This document shows positions 19,921 through 32,100 of a stretch of DNA of 64,000 bases, one piece after another. Position numbers and translations under genes: made by a program. The notes under the pieces were generated by a model, which ran no database searches, was not told the origin of the DNA, and worked only from the letters and a program-made list of their open reading frames with translations. The first letter of the stretch is position 1, and every line of letters begins with the position of its first letter. The stretch comes from an uncultured virus (IMG/VR IMGVR_UViG_3300010885_019006) (taxonomy: Duplodnaviria > Heunggongvirae > Uroviricota > Caudoviricetes), in IMG/VR virus record IMGVR_UViG_3300010885_019006, positions 1 to 64,000 of that record; one strand, given 5' to 3'.

Positions 19921-22580
19921 GCGGATACACCAATAACTTGTATTAGATCAACTTTAGGTGTTAGATATGAAGTATCTGCAAGCAGAACAATTTTGATTTG
20001 CATTGAATCAAATGTATTAAATTGAGCTAATGATGAGTTATAATACTTTGAAATATTGTAGTTATTTACATCATTAAATGCAATGTTCTTATATTTCAGA
20101 TTGTCTACTTTATAACCGGTACCCACTACATTATTTGAAGTGATAGGTTCATTTAATATAATGGCAGTTGAATTAGCAGATGAAATCGAAGCAATAAAAT
20201 AATTCTGTGGTAGCAATCTGTTATAAATCTTAATAACATCACCTGTTGTGACATATGTAGTTGGAGTTACACCAGAAGCAATAATGGTATTACTAAGATA
20301 TGCTGAAGTAAATTTACCAGGTAGATTATTAGCAGATTCAGAATATGGAGGCAAACTCAACTCATATTCAATAAAGTCGGTAGAATCTTGAGTAGAACTG
20401 TATTTTGACTCATTTGTATCATAAATTAACGGAGTCCATGCTTTATCATCAAACGATTCTGGATCTGCGGAATTATGAATTTTAGCGTAAACCTTAATAT
20501 CAGTTCCAGCAGGACGATATGCAGTCATATACATTTTGATATCTTCGGCTGATCTATTAGTTGCAAAAACAACTTTTGATCCAATATGACGACATGCAGC
20601 AAGACCATTACCTGCAATTTCAGTGTCAATAGTAACACCATTTGCATTAATCGTAGTATATGTATTTGAAATAGAATTTTGAATTGTATATAGATGCAAA
20701 ATATTATCTTCAATTGATGGCGCTGAGTGTGCATCAGCAGTCTCATTATTTAAATCAATTGAGATTTTCAACGATTTTTTATTAATAAGCAAATCTGTAT
20801 TTGAATATAAGCCTGAAGTTGAAACTTCGGTTGATCTTGAAAGTATATAAGCATCATATGAGTTTAAATCTTTAACTCGAACATCATTAATTTGGATTGA
20901 ATCACTATTATTAGTAGTATAAGAACCACCACTTAAAGCAGCAAATGTAATATGACTGTTTACTAAAGATGTAGTCGGAGCTTTTACTGTGCCTTTGAGT
21001 TTTATTCTATCAATTGTAAGTACATCAACTGAGGCAATATTTGCAGATGCTCTAGAATCTTCACCAACAATTAAATCATTGACTGTAAACTTAAGTCCAA
21101 CATTTGCAGTAGACCCCGTAAGATATAGTTTATTGTTTACTTCATCTTTAAAATAAACTTTACCTATTGCAGTAACTTTATAGTTAGTAGCCGCAGCAGT
21201 AAAAGGCATTTTGTTAGTTAATTTAAGATTATTATTATCAATAATAGTAGAAATAGTACCAACTTGAGATACAGTTGAGTTTCCGATTACAAGCATCTGA
21301 CCCGCAGTAAAATTCTGGAATAAAGTATTTCCAGTTCCAACAATAAGATTGGAACCTTTAGTAACTGCCACAGTACCATTCGCGGCGGCTACATCTTTAT
21401 AGACATATTCACCACCAATGAATGCACCAGATCTATTTGCAATAGTAAAGAATTCGTAGTTATCATTCACAAAGACTTTATTTGCACTAGTTGATACGTA
21501 TTTGGAAATGTTTACATTAAATTTAAGGTCTTCATTTATTTTTGCTGTAAAAATACTTGAGTTATTTCGTGTGTATAGTTTACCATCTTTTACAACATTA
21601 GAACCTGTAGAGGCTGTATTAGTTCCTACTAATTTATCACCTGTAACATTAGTCCAGAGCTTATATGCAGCATCATCAAACATCACTACTATACCATAGA
21701 ACTTACCTGTATCTACTTTTAGTGGATTTTTTAGATTAAATGTTACCGAATTGGATGCGTCGCTGTATGAGTTGATTTCATCATATGTCTTTTCCGTAAG
21801 TGAAGAAACATAACATCTTGATAGAATAGGTGTGTCATTCTGAACTTCGCATATAGCAATTGTTACAGACGGTTTGCTTTTACCTGATGCATTTACAGTG
21901 ACATTTGGCTTAGATTTAAAGAATAGATCAATGGATGTAATTGAAATATCTTTCTGATTCTTTACAATCTCGGGGTCCGCATAAAATGTCTGAATAAAAT
22001 TATATGAAGCAGGATTGAAATATGTTCTGTCTGCATTGGCAGATACAACTGGTGTTGTCTGCACCACTAGATTATTCTGAATAGCACCTGATGTAGATGA
22101 ACCAATTGGGGTCTTCTTGAAATCTACTACCGGTTCACTTCTAATGTATGGTGGTAGATAGATATACATCTCTGCAAATGAGGTTTTAGTATGACAAGTT
22201 TCTCCAGTACCTCTAAGTTCAAGCTTCTTTGTACCGGCAATAAGTTGTGCAGCTGCACTAGATTTTTCAACCGGTGTAGAAGGAATCAAGTTAGATCGAA
22301 AATAAAACTTAAAAGTGATTCTACCATTTTGATCTGAATATAATTGACCTTCACCTAATGTATAGCCTTCTTGTTTGGCACTAGAAGTAACATTAATGTT
22401 ATCAAGATAAAGCGTATGATATGTATATGGCTTTAGCCCATAAGTAGTTATCTCAAAAGCTTGTTCAGCTAGTAAATAATTTGACTGAATTCCACCCAGA
22501 GGAAAGACTCGAGGTGTTCCGGTATCACCTATTGCTGTAGCATACTGTAGTGATTGACTGGTATTAAAAAACAATGACAT
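19917..22580 (-). CDS. Virion structural protein (C-terminal part of a DUF4815/VrlC-like module)
   Basis: QTFY...ITSIDLFFKSKP, DLKFNV and FIEYEL...MQIKIVL motifs typical of the C-terminal region of large T4-like structural proteins. Confidence 0.65.
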   Translation of the reverse strand: MSLFFNTSQSLQYATAIGDTGTPRVFPLGGIQSNYLLAEQAFEITTYGLKPYTYHTLYLDNINVTSSAKQEGYTLGEGQLYSDQNGRITFKFYFRSNLIPSTPVEKSSAAAQLIAGTKKLELRGTGETCHTKTSFAEMYIYLPPYIRSEPVVDFKKTPIGSSTSGAIQNNLVVQTTPVVSANADRTYFNPASYNFIQTFYADPEIVKNQKDISITSIDLFFKSKPNVTVNASGKSKPSVTIAICEVQNDTPILSRCYVSSLTEKTYDEINSYSDASNSVTFNLKNPLKVDTGKFYGIVVMFDDAAYKLWTNVTGDKLVGTNTASTGSNVVKDGKLYTRNNSSIFTAKINEDLKFNVNISKYVSTSANKVFVNDNYEFFTIANRSGAFIGGEYVYKDVAAANGTVAVTKGSNLIVGTGNTLFQNFTAGQMLVIGNSTVSQVGTISTIIDNNNLKLTNKMPFTAAATNYKVTAIGKVYFKDEVNNKLYLTGSTANVGLKFTVNDLIVGEDSRASANIASVDVLTIDRIKLKGTVKAPTTSLVNSHITFAALSGGSYTTNNSDSIQINDVRVKDLNSYDAYILSRSTEVSTSGLYSNTDLLINKKSLKISIDLNNETADAHSAPSIEDNILHLYTIQNSISNTYTTINANGVTIDTEIAGNGLAACRHIGSKVVFATNRSAEDIKMYMTAYRPAGTDIKVYAKIHNSADPESFDDKAWTPLIYDTNESKYSSTQDSTDFIEYELSLPPYSESANNLPGKFTSAYLSNTIIASGVTPTTYVTTGDVIKIYNRLLPQNYFIASISSANSTAIILNEPITSNNVVGTGYKVDNLKYKNIAFNDVNNYNISKYYNSSLAQFNTFDSMQIKIVLLADTSYLTPKVDLIQVIGVSA

Positions 22581-22609
22581 ACTTTAGCTTATCCTTAGAC
22601 TCTATCAAT

Positions 22610-25600
22610 TTAAAAACTGCGGTCCAAATCTCGACCACCACCATAAAGACTCTTAATATGACCACCATAATTCATCTGGTAATTAGTGGTATCGTTTGTA
22701 TTTATCACATTCACCAAAGCGATAGTTGGATAGCACATCTTATATTTATAAATTGCACTAAAATAGCTTAGTGTGTATAAATTAGTTGTAAGAGAAGTAC
22801 CTTTATAGACTCTAACTTTATAGTAAAGACCATTTAATGGATTGTGAGTCGCGGATAGTTTATATTGATCCTCAATCCATCCTCCAAGTCCCGATTGCGG
22901 ACCATACCCTGGTCTGACAGGTAGTCCCCCAGGATGCAATACAGTACCTAAAGATGAATCCAATTTATTCTTAGCTATATCTTCATTTGTAATAGATTCG
23001 GCATATTGTGATGATGTAACAAGAGACCAAGGACCGATAGCTGAAGGGCTTTGGAAAATTTCAATTGCTGTTTTGCTATACGGAGATACCATATACAAAT
23101 CAAATGTATCTGATTCAGTACCAAATGTATAGAAGAATTCATCATATGCATATGGTGCAAAATCAATACTGCTTGGATTTCGCTGTGATTGAATAATGCA
23201 AACTTTAGACTGAGTAGTAACTGGATTTGGTACTGGAGTGGCAGTTACAGGACCATCTGTAGCTTTCTTTTGTGAGATGAATGACGCTTCTAAATATGGT
23301 AAGCTAACATCAGAACTTGGAGTACTAGTATTGATGTTAAATTCTGTTACTGATGGTGCAAGATAACCATCAACAATTGTAGCTCTATAACCTGGGTTTG
23401 ATATATCCGAATGTGTGTAATCTTCAAAGCCATCAACATAGAAACCAAACTTATAACGATCAACATTTGAATTAAGTGAACTTGGAATATTTCTTTTTTG
23501 TGTTAGTGTTTCAACTAATGAAAGAGAAGCATAATATTCAAGTGTTGAGATTCTATTTTCTAATTTAGATATTTCACCCATCGTGTAATTGCGAGGTTGA
23601 AGAATTGAAATATCATTATCACTTAATGTAGTTGTAATTCTATAATTACGGATTCTTCTTGTGATGTATTTCTCATTTGCAATGCCTGTGTCTGCAAATT
23701 TTGTGGTATTTGCAGAAAGTCCATAAGGTACACTTGGATAAGGCGGTATCTTGAGAATATTCAATGTTAATGCATTATCCTGTGCTTCAGGTGAAATAGT
23801 TGTGCCTGGAACACCCTTAATGACTCTGAATTGATTTGATTCATCAACAATAACTCGATCTGATCTTGGTAGATAATATTCAATATCCGCAGTCATAACT
23901 GAATCTGGTGCAGGAAAATAATTGTCAACTGCAGGTGCTTTTATTATACTATTAGCGCTTGGTTCGATAGGATTAATAGGGGCTAAAATAGCACTAGATC
24001 CTGGTATAACATTAGTATTTGTTTGAGGACGAAGATCAATCTGATCTCTTAGATCATAGTATGTTCCAGTAGCACCATATAACTCAGGAATCTCCAATGT
24101 ATTAATAGTATTTGGTGAGTTTGACAAAGTCAATGAATCATTTACAATTGTAGAATAAACTTTTACACCAGAACTTGAAGTGATATAATCAAAGGACACA
24201 AGTAAATAATCACTTGTAGATAAAGTTGAAATTGTATTTGGCTTCTTATAAAGATATGAGATGCCATAATAATCTTCATTTTGATTGTGATCAATATAAT
24301 AATCATTTGTTACATCAAACACTGTATTTGAGGCGGTATCTGTAAATGTAGCATTAGAACCTTTAAAGACTTTATTAAGTCTAAATACATCAGACACACC
24401 AAGAGCCCAAGGTCCTGTATTACTACTCACATTATTTGCCAGACGAAGTCTTACATACTTAGTTCTATTGACTGTTTTTGCGGTTGGTGAACTTGCTGTT
24501 GATTTAACATTATGTGTAACAACCAAAGAAGCACCAGCAAGTGTAGTAGTTCCTACATTTATTGTCAACTGATTTGTAGAGTTAATGGTAATAGTTCTAT
24601 TCGAGCTTGCAAGTGAAATTGCAACATTAGCAGGAAAATACACTGAATAAGTGTTATTTGTGAGTGTTACACCTGCTGTATTGGAAAGTTGTAAAAGTGA
24701 ATTATTACTAATATTGGTGACTTGCTTAACTGTACCATCCGCAAATCGAATATAATCTCCAGTCAATAAATCTTGAGTAAATGCTGTACTTGATCCAATA
24801 ACAACATTTGATGAAGCACTAGTTGTAACAGAACCACTTAGATTTACAGCCGAGCGGATATCTGTAGTTGGGATTATAGTAAAATCTTTTTCTTGTGTAC
24901 TTGATAGAATTCCACTATATGGGAATGATCCACTACCTAACGTGATTGTAGCTAAACCTGTTGTTGCCAATGTTGAAGGTGAATTGGTTCTATAAGTGTA
25001 AGAAATGTTACTGATGGTTTTTATAGCATCTTGACCGCCATAAAAAACAAGAGATGAAGATGAAGTATCCTTAAGTACGGCAAATCCATTCTCAAGAATT
25101 AAATCACATACTGCTTGTCTACTGCTTGAATAATAGATTGATCTAACATTGTTGAAGTTAGATCCTGGGTTCATTCTAATATCAAAGAGATATACTCTAT
25201 AGACACCAGAAGATGAACCTTGAACTCCTGAGTCTTGAATGATTGATCTAATTCTAGCAGTGCCGATTACTTTACCGGTTACTGGAGTAAACGATGCTCG
25301 TTCTTTAGTAAGATATTGAGTTGCTGTATCATAGAGTGACACTAACACACCTAGATTGAAATCAAATATACCACCAAGTTCATTCACATAAACATAATTG
25401 CCATAATTTAATGAAATAGTAGTCCCAACACCCATAGCCGTATCAATTGCTTTGTCAACAGACTGTTCATAATTATAAACAGTCTGAATTCGATTTCCAT
25501 TAATATAAGCAGTACCAGGATCAATTAAAACATTGAACTTTGTAGCTTCATCAGCAAATGAATCTGGGGATTTTGTATTAATAAGAAATGGATCTAGAAC

Positions 25601-27028
25601 ATAATTGCCAGCGGTCTCAAATGAACGTTGAGCAATATCCTTTTCAATTACATTATAGACAGTTTGTCTATTTTGCTTATATGGCAGACCTTCAGAAAAT
25701 TCAGCAACATAAAGGTAGTCATCAGGAATATCAGATTTTATTTTATCAATAACGATTAGTTCTGGTGTGAGCTTTAGGCGATTTGCTCCAGGTGCTGTAT
25801 AGTTTGGAGATCCTGTAGCATTGTCAAGTAGACTTTCATCTTGATTTGATGATACAATAGTTTCCACAGTCTGGAAACCTACAGATTTTTGATCTGGGGT
25901 ATTTGTATACTTGTCTACAATTAGGAGCTGTTCTGAAACTCTAGAGAAATAGCCTTTTTGGTAAATAATACCTTCACCAACAGTCATACCATAAGTAGAA
26001 CCCGTTGGGTTATCACTAGATGCAATTGTGACTTTTGTAAGATAGTTTTGAGAAGTAGCACTGAATAGATCAATATCATTTTCTGATGCATTTATAGATA
26101 ATATTGAGACTGATGGTGGCACCAAATATCCAGTACCTTTTGATGTCATATTAACACTTTTTACTTGTTTTAAACTATCAGTCAAAAGAGTTGCGGTGGC
26201 ACCAGCACCAAGAATTTGAGAAACCTTAATGACTTCACCAGACGAACCAACTTTCTGGATTGAATCACCTACATTAAATGTCCAACCTTTTGAATTACCT
26301 ATGTGTAGATCTTGTTTTCTTGGTTTAATCTGTAATATTAAAGCATCATTAAGTGTATTTGAATCAGGTGTAGCAATAATTTGAACATTTGCAATACCAT
26401 TTGTGATGTAATCACCTGAACTCAATGATGTAGTAAATGTTTTTCCATTATTAGCATTCTGGATTGCAATGGCAGATAGAATAACTACTTTGTCTGTATT
26501 AAAAAAATTCTGTGAAGGATTAGTAACTGTAATCTTCTCAACTACATTAAGTGGATTAAATACAGTCAATAAACCACCTGCTTCAAATGTATTTCTAGAA
26601 CCTGCCAAACTATCTTGACCTGAGTTAATATAACGCAGATATAAAGTATTTAGATTTGGTTTCTTAGATTCAAAACCTGAATCAGTTTTAATAATAGCAG
26701 CAGTGAGAGGAATAATATTATCCTGATTCTTCACTCTATATCCCGCATAGTTTGAAACTACCACAGGAGTTGAATCAATCTCGACATCTTTAAGTTTTAC
26801 GTATTTTAAATCATCATGAAATGCAATATCACAGCCGCTGATAATTGTACCAGTTCTAAAGATATTATCACCAAAGTGCTCAATTTGCTTTTGGAGTAAA
26901 GTCTGAAGCTGATTTAATTCGCGAGCCTGAACGGATACTCCAGGTCTAAATAGAATCTTATAATAATCACTTTTTTCATTATAGTCATCAAAATAAGGTG
27001 ACACGCTTAAGTCATTTTGTATTGACAT
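22610..27028 (-). CDS. Large virion structural protein (DUF4815/VrlC-like)
   Basis: SPYFDDY...YYKILFRPGVSVQARELNQLQ, APGANRLK, YTMGEISKLENRISTLEYY and FGFYVDGF motifs. Confidence 0.8.
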   Translation of the reverse strand: MSIQNDLSVSPYFDDYNEKSDYYKILFRPGVSVQARELNQLQTLLQKQIEHFGDNIFRTGTIISGCDIAFHDDLKYVKLKDVEIDSTPVVVSNYAGYRVKNQDNIIPLTAAIIKTDSGFESKKPNLNTLYLRYINSGQDSLAGSRNTFEAGGLLTVFNPLNVVEKITVTNPSQNFFNTDKVVILSAIAIQNANNGKTFTTSLSSGDYITNGIANVQIIATPDSNTLNDALILQIKPRKQDLHIGNSKGWTFNVGDSIQKVGSSGEVIKVSQILGAGATATLLTDSLKQVKSVNMTSKGTGYLVPPSVSILSINASENDIDLFSATSQNYLTKVTIASSDNPTGSTYGMTVGEGIIYQKGYFSRVSEQLLIVDKYTNTPDQKSVGFQTVETIVSSNQDESLLDNATGSPNYTAPGANRLKLTPELIVIDKIKSDIPDDYLYVAEFSEGLPYKQNRQTVYNVIEKDIAQRSFETAGNYVLDPFLINTKSPDSFADEATKFNVLIDPGTAYINGNRIQTVYNYEQSVDKAIDTAMGVGTTISLNYGNYVYVNELGGIFDFNLGVLVSLYDTATQYLTKERASFTPVTGKVIGTARIRSIIQDSGVQGSSSGVYRVYLFDIRMNPGSNFNNVRSIYYSSSRQAVCDLILENGFAVLKDTSSSSLVFYGGQDAIKTISNISYTYRTNSPSTLATTGLATITLGSGSFPYSGILSSTQEKDFTIIPTTDIRSAVNLSGSVTTSASSNVVIGSSTAFTQDLLTGDYIRFADGTVKQVTNISNNSLLQLSNTAGVTLTNNTYSVYFPANVAISLASSNRTITINSTNQLTINVGTTTLAGASLVVTHNVKSTASSPTAKTVNRTKYVRLRLANNVSSNTGPWALGVSDVFRLNKVFKGSNATFTDTASNTVFDVTNDYYIDHNQNEDYYGISYLYKKPNTISTLSTSDYLLVSFDYITSSSGVKVYSTIVNDSLTLSNSPNTINTLEIPELYGATGTYYDLRDQIDLRPQTNTNVIPGSSAILAPINPIEPSANSIIKAPAVDNYFPAPDSVMTADIEYYLPRSDRVIVDESNQFRVIKGVPGTTISPEAQDNALTLNILKIPPYPSVPYGLSANTTKFADTGIANEKYITRRIRNYRITTTLSDNDISILQPRNYTMGEISKLENRISTLEYYASLSLVETLTQKRNIPSSLNSNVDRYKFGFYVDGFEDYTHSDISNPGYRATIVDGYLAPSVTEFNINTSTPSSDVSLPYLEASFISQKKATDGPVTATPVPNPVTTQSKVCIIQSQRNPSSIDFAPYAYDEFFYTFGTESDTFDLYMVSPYSKTAIEIFQSPSAIGPWSLVTSSQYAESITNEDIAKNKLDSSLGTVLHPGGLPVRPGYGPQSGLGGWIEDQYKLSATHNPLNGLYYKVRVYKGTSLTTNLYTLSYFSAIYKYKMCYPTIALVNVINTNDTTNYQMNYGGHIKSLYGGGRDLDRSF

Positions 27029-27033
27029 TTAAA

Positions 27034-29061
27034 TCAGAACTCCAGGATTATTTTAATAGTTTCAGATTGAGTAGGTGATCTGGTAATATAATTGATATTT
27101 TCCAAATATACAATGTCGCCAGAATCTCTAATAAGTTCACCATCATATTTATACTGATATGTAAACAATCCACCACTAGTAGAACCAGTAATGGTTCCTA
27201 GTTTGAAGATGTTCTTAGGATTTGTTACATATAAAATATCATTATTTATACCTGAAACGTTATTAGCTGCAAACAATACGGCTGAAGGAGACGAGATGGT
27301 TTGAATGTCGTCCTGGATTAATGTCTCATTAGTTACAAATATATCGGAATCAATAGTCCCTACAAATCCAGTAAGTTGATTAAACTCAGTAAAATTAGAT
27401 GCCGGTCTTCCGTTTACGGTAATATAGGATGAAGATACAGAATTTATAGTAGCCGTACAATTAGAATCTGAACCAACCAAACTTGTGGTATTACCAAAGT
27501 TTCTAGGAATCACATTAGTAAGATTAAGAATTGTATTATAATTATATGCAGTAACTATACCAAACGGTACGGTTTCTACCAAAGTTATTTTACAATTTGC
27601 ATCTGTGAATGTAGGATATTGATCTAACATTACAGTATTTGTGTCAATAATTGTTGATATATTTGCAAATAGATTTTGATATCCATTTGTAATGATAACT
27701 TGATCATTACTTCGCACCGAAGAACCAAAATTGGAATCATTACTAGTTATGATTTTGGTATTAGATTGAATAGAAATATTACCATTTAGATTATAAGGTC
27801 TATAACGATATACCATTTCACCAGAATTAAATGCACCAATTAAAGTATCTGGATTAAGTGAAATTGTTACATTTGCATAAGCGGGATCTTTAAGAATGCC
27901 AATTGTTCCATATCCATTATAGGAGATATTGTTGCTAAATGTAGTGGATACACATACTTTATTAGCAAAAAGTTCTTCAGCTAAATTAGACCCATGACCA
28001 TAAATAGGAGATATAATAGGATTTATTATGCAATTTGATGTTACACCAACAGACCCATCAGCTGCTATATATGCTGAAATACTTCGATAGCCGGATCCAG
28101 GTCTAATAACTTCGATCTGAGATACCGAATTTCCTGTATTGGATGAAATAATAGCTCTAGCAATACAAGTATTGGATAATGAAACTGTATCGTTAAGATC
28201 TTGAATTAAAACTTTTGGATAAATTTCATACAAATCACCCGCGCTAAGATTCAAAGTAAATGGTGAATCTATAACGACAACTCGATTAGGACCAGTTATA
28301 TTATATTGTATAATGGTTCTATATTGAGATTGAGAATTATTTGCGGAGGTGACTTTCATCAAACAGCCGGTATAGAATGAATTTAAAATTGAAGCATTAA
28401 TGTCTAAAGCATATTGAGTAGAACTGTTATTATAGTTAATACTTGCAGTAGATGTAAATGAACCAAGTGTATAGTTATTATAGCCAAAACCTGGTTCGGT
28501 TATTTCTATAACTTCAATACCACCAAGATTTTTTGTAACTTGACCGTTCTGAGATGTGTCAACAGGAATATAATCATTGCTACCAAACTTACGATACATA
28601 ACGTCACTAATTGTGTATAGATATTTCCAGACGTAGCCATCTGTCATTGAATATACTAAAGTAGAATCGGTACCTGATGGTTGATCTGTAGAAGCAGCTC
28701 CTTGATTATTGTCAAGACACTTATAGACATTGTAATTAGAACCTTCGGATACTGTAACATAAAATGACTTTGAATAAAGTTCGGTATCAGCAGGATTATA
28801 CATTGTGTATACTGTATTAGATACCCAAACATAATTTTTTGTTGTAAGACTAACGTCCGTACCTTTAAGTTTATTACCAAAAAGCATTGAACTATAAGTA
28901 TCAGTATCCGCCATAATAGAATCAGATGGAAAGGTAAGACTATTTTGTGGAATAGGATTTGCAGCAAAAATATAGTATGTTGAGTTATTCTCAACGTCAT
29001 ACTTAAATGTTTCTGCAAATTTTGTGTTTAGCTTTTTTAGAACTTTTTTATAAGTATTCAT
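27034..29061 (-). CDS. 8: Baseplate wedge subunit
   Basis: VYKCLDNN, DGYVWKYLYTI and SGDIVYLENINYITR...ETIKIILEF motifs. Confidence 0.85.
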   Translation of the reverse strand: MNTYKKVLKKLNTKFAETFKYDVENNSTYYIFAANPIPQNSLTFPSDSIMADTDTYSSMLFGNKLKGTDVSLTTKNYVWVSNTVYTMYNPADTELYSKSFYVTVSEGSNYNVYKCLDNNQGAASTDQPSGTDSTLVYSMTDGYVWKYLYTISDVMYRKFGSNDYIPVDTSQNGQVTKNLGGIEVIEITEPGFGYNNYTLGSFTSTASINYNNSSTQYALDINASILNSFYTGCLMKVTSANNSQSQYRTIIQYNITGPNRVVVIDSPFTLNLSAGDLYEIYPKVLIQDLNDTVSLSNTCIARAIISSNTGNSVSQIEVIRPGSGYRSISAYIAADGSVGVTSNCIINPIISPIYGHGSNLAEELFANKVCVSTTFSNNISYNGYGTIGILKDPAYANVTISLNPDTLIGAFNSGEMVYRYRPYNLNGNISIQSNTKIITSNDSNFGSSVRSNDQVIITNGYQNLFANISTIIDTNTVMLDQYPTFTDANCKITLVETVPFGIVTAYNYNTILNLTNVIPRNFGNTTSLVGSDSNCTATINSVSSSYITVNGRPASNFTEFNQLTGFVGTIDSDIFVTNETLIQDDIQTISSPSAVLFAANNVSGINNDILYVTNPKNIFKLGTITGSTSGGLFTYQYKYDGELIRDSGDIVYLENINYITRSPTQSETIKIILEF

Positions 29062-29116
29062 AATCTTAAGTTATACCTTAAAGTTTTTTATATTTATATC
29101 TATTTTACTGCTTAAG

Positions 29117-32100
29117 TTAGAAGGTAATATAAGAATTTGCTATTGAAACTTTAGTACTTACGACTGTATCAAGTAGAATACTTCCAAAGAATTTAGTACC
29201 TGCTGTATGCATTACTTTCTTGAACATATCAGAATATTTCTCAAGGGGGATTCTGGAAATGATGTCATATGAATATTCTTGGTAATAATTACCATCATGA
29301 ATCTTAGACAAATCTGACACAAAGCCTTTATGATTCTTATAGCGACCAGATCCATTACCTAGACCAACATCAATTACTGTTGCTGTGCCATATTTACCGT
29401 CAATTGTAAATGTTGCTTCTTGTCCACCAATAAAACCGAAACCTGAATCTGTGACTGATAATCCGGTAACTACATTATTTGATGTAAATACATCTGATTG
29501 TATACTTGCATTCCATCCAATAGGATCAGTAGAATAATCTAAATTAATAGTACTGATATTAGCAGTAGCACCACTAATTGAACCAACAACATTTAAAGTA
29601 TTGCTGAAATAGTTAGTAAACTGAATTCGCTTTACATACATAGTATTAGCACTTAGTGCTTTAAGTATACCTTTAGCAATAATAACTGTATTGCTAGTTG
29701 ACACGGAAGTTATATCAATCGTTGTTGATGTGTTAGCAAACTTTTTAAGATTATCTATATCTCTTAATGTGCCTTGAATGTTATTCACCGTAATTGCATT
29801 TGAGACTATTGAAACAACTGTAGCATTAGCAATATAATTCACCGTGTTATTAGCGGTATAAACTCGTTCACCAACTATAAATGGAGTAGAATTGGCTACA
29901 TTTAATACTGATCTTGTGTCCGTAATAGACTGCTGTATATATTCGCCTGGTAAAAATGATCCATTAATATTAGTTACCGTAAAAATACGATCCCTATGAT
30001 TATATCCCGAAGTATAAGGCTGATATGTTAGAAGATATGGATTATAAGTATAATCATAACCCGAACTAGTAGAACCTAGATTGTAAATTGACCCGAGTAC
30101 AAAATCTTTATACTTTAATGAGTTAAAGATGATTGAATTGAGATTGGCAGTTGTTTGTGCAGCTAAATTAAATTGATTTGAACTTAATCTAGCATTATAC
30201 ATAAAGCTATTAGCAATTATATCAGTATTTAAAGATATAGTTTCAGAGTCATAAATTGCACCAACATTATATTTGGCACTTTCACCACCAGAAACTCTAA
30301 TAAGATTTGCATTAACACCGGTAAAAGGAATAATAATCTTTGCTGATGGAACTGTTTCTGTAGTGACAAATGTATTGTTTACTTGAAATAGACCAAACTC
30401 AGATTGAAAATTATTTAATACAGTATTTAATGTTGTACTACTAGAATTTAAATTGGAACCTATGAGGAATGTACCAGTGATATTATTCACGGGTATTAGA
30501 CCTTTTATGGCAATTGCATCAGAAATAATAGCACTAGCAATAATTTCACCGATTTTATTTTTCTGATAAAGTTGTTCACCTATTGGGAGACTTATATAAC
30601 TAGTTCCATCAATAGATAGATAACCAACTGAAGGTAGATTAACCAACTTACCTGTAGCCGAAACATCAATATAACTTTCAATATTAGCAGTTACTTGTGT
30701 ATTTGAAGCTAGAATAAGTTTATTATTTGCTTTCACCATAAAATTGTTTGATAGTAATACTTGAGTAGTTCCAGTATTAGATGATGTGCGATTATACGTA
30801 ACAAGAGAACCAGACCCGATAGTAGCAGTACCATTACTTACAAGAATATTTGCACCACTATTTAATTCAGATGATGGAATTACTGAATTGACATAAATGA
30901 GTGCTTGTTTTTGTATTATATCTTCAAAATATGTAAATTGTTTCTTGGGTATTTCGTACGTAAATGTAGTAGAAAGCCCAGACCCAGTTGTAGAACCCCC
31001 AGTAGAATTTGCTACTGAAATTAGAGGTGTTCCACCAAAGAAGCCAGCGCCAGGGTGCATTAAGATAATGCTAGTAACACCCCCAGATGAATTTGTAATA
31101 GGTCTAGCAGTAGCATTCAAGTACTGAGATTTTATTGTTATAATGTCTGTATTATTATATGACAGACCTGATGATGAAACTGAAACTGCAGAAATTGAAT
31201 TACCAAACGCAATATTAGATAAAAACAACACATTGTCTGAAACAATAGTCTGTGAATGATCTTGAAGAAATAAAGGATCTGTATTTCCTATATTAACAGA
31301 ATATCCCCAACCTGAATCCAAAAGTTTAAATCTAACGAACCCAGTAGAATTATTAAGAGATATTACTTTTGCTTTACCGTTTATACCGTTAGTTGAAGTG
31401 ACATCAACAATGTCACCAATTTTAAAGTCACTATAACTAGAAGTAATATCAGAAAGTTCACCGAGTGAACCAAGAATTGTTGGTGAATCTGGATAGACTC
31501 TATCGGCCTTAATCAATTCACCACGTTTAAATGTACCGGAAACATTAGTAACATAAAGTGTATGAGAAAAGCCATTTGAAATTTCGTGCTTGATATACTT
31601 TTCAACAAATGCTTGAGAACCTGAAGAAACACCGGTAATAGTCTTACCAACTAATTGAATTGCTCTAGATGACGAATATCCAGTAGTTGCAATTTCTAAG
31701 TACTGAGGTTTAAACCACTCACCCTCCGAAAGTTTGAATAGATCATCTCCTGGATAGTATACGTTGGAATTTACACCATATACTAATCTTAAAAATAAGT
31801 CAATTGATCTAGAAGTACCTTTTGATCTATACAAATCAAAAGAATTCTTAATTAATAGTTTCTTGTTAGTAGCAACATCAAACTCAATATTACATAGATA
31901 TTTTTCTTTGAAGTTAGTCAAGAAAAGATCCATCGTAGTATCAATATTGCGAATGTTAAGCAGGTTTCTAGTTAAATAGATAGATCCCATTCTTTTACTT
32001 AGACCACCGCGCTTGATAAATGATGATCCACCAGATGAACTGGTTATTGGTGTAAGATCAGAACACATGGTGACACATTTAAATGATTCTAGTCCATTTA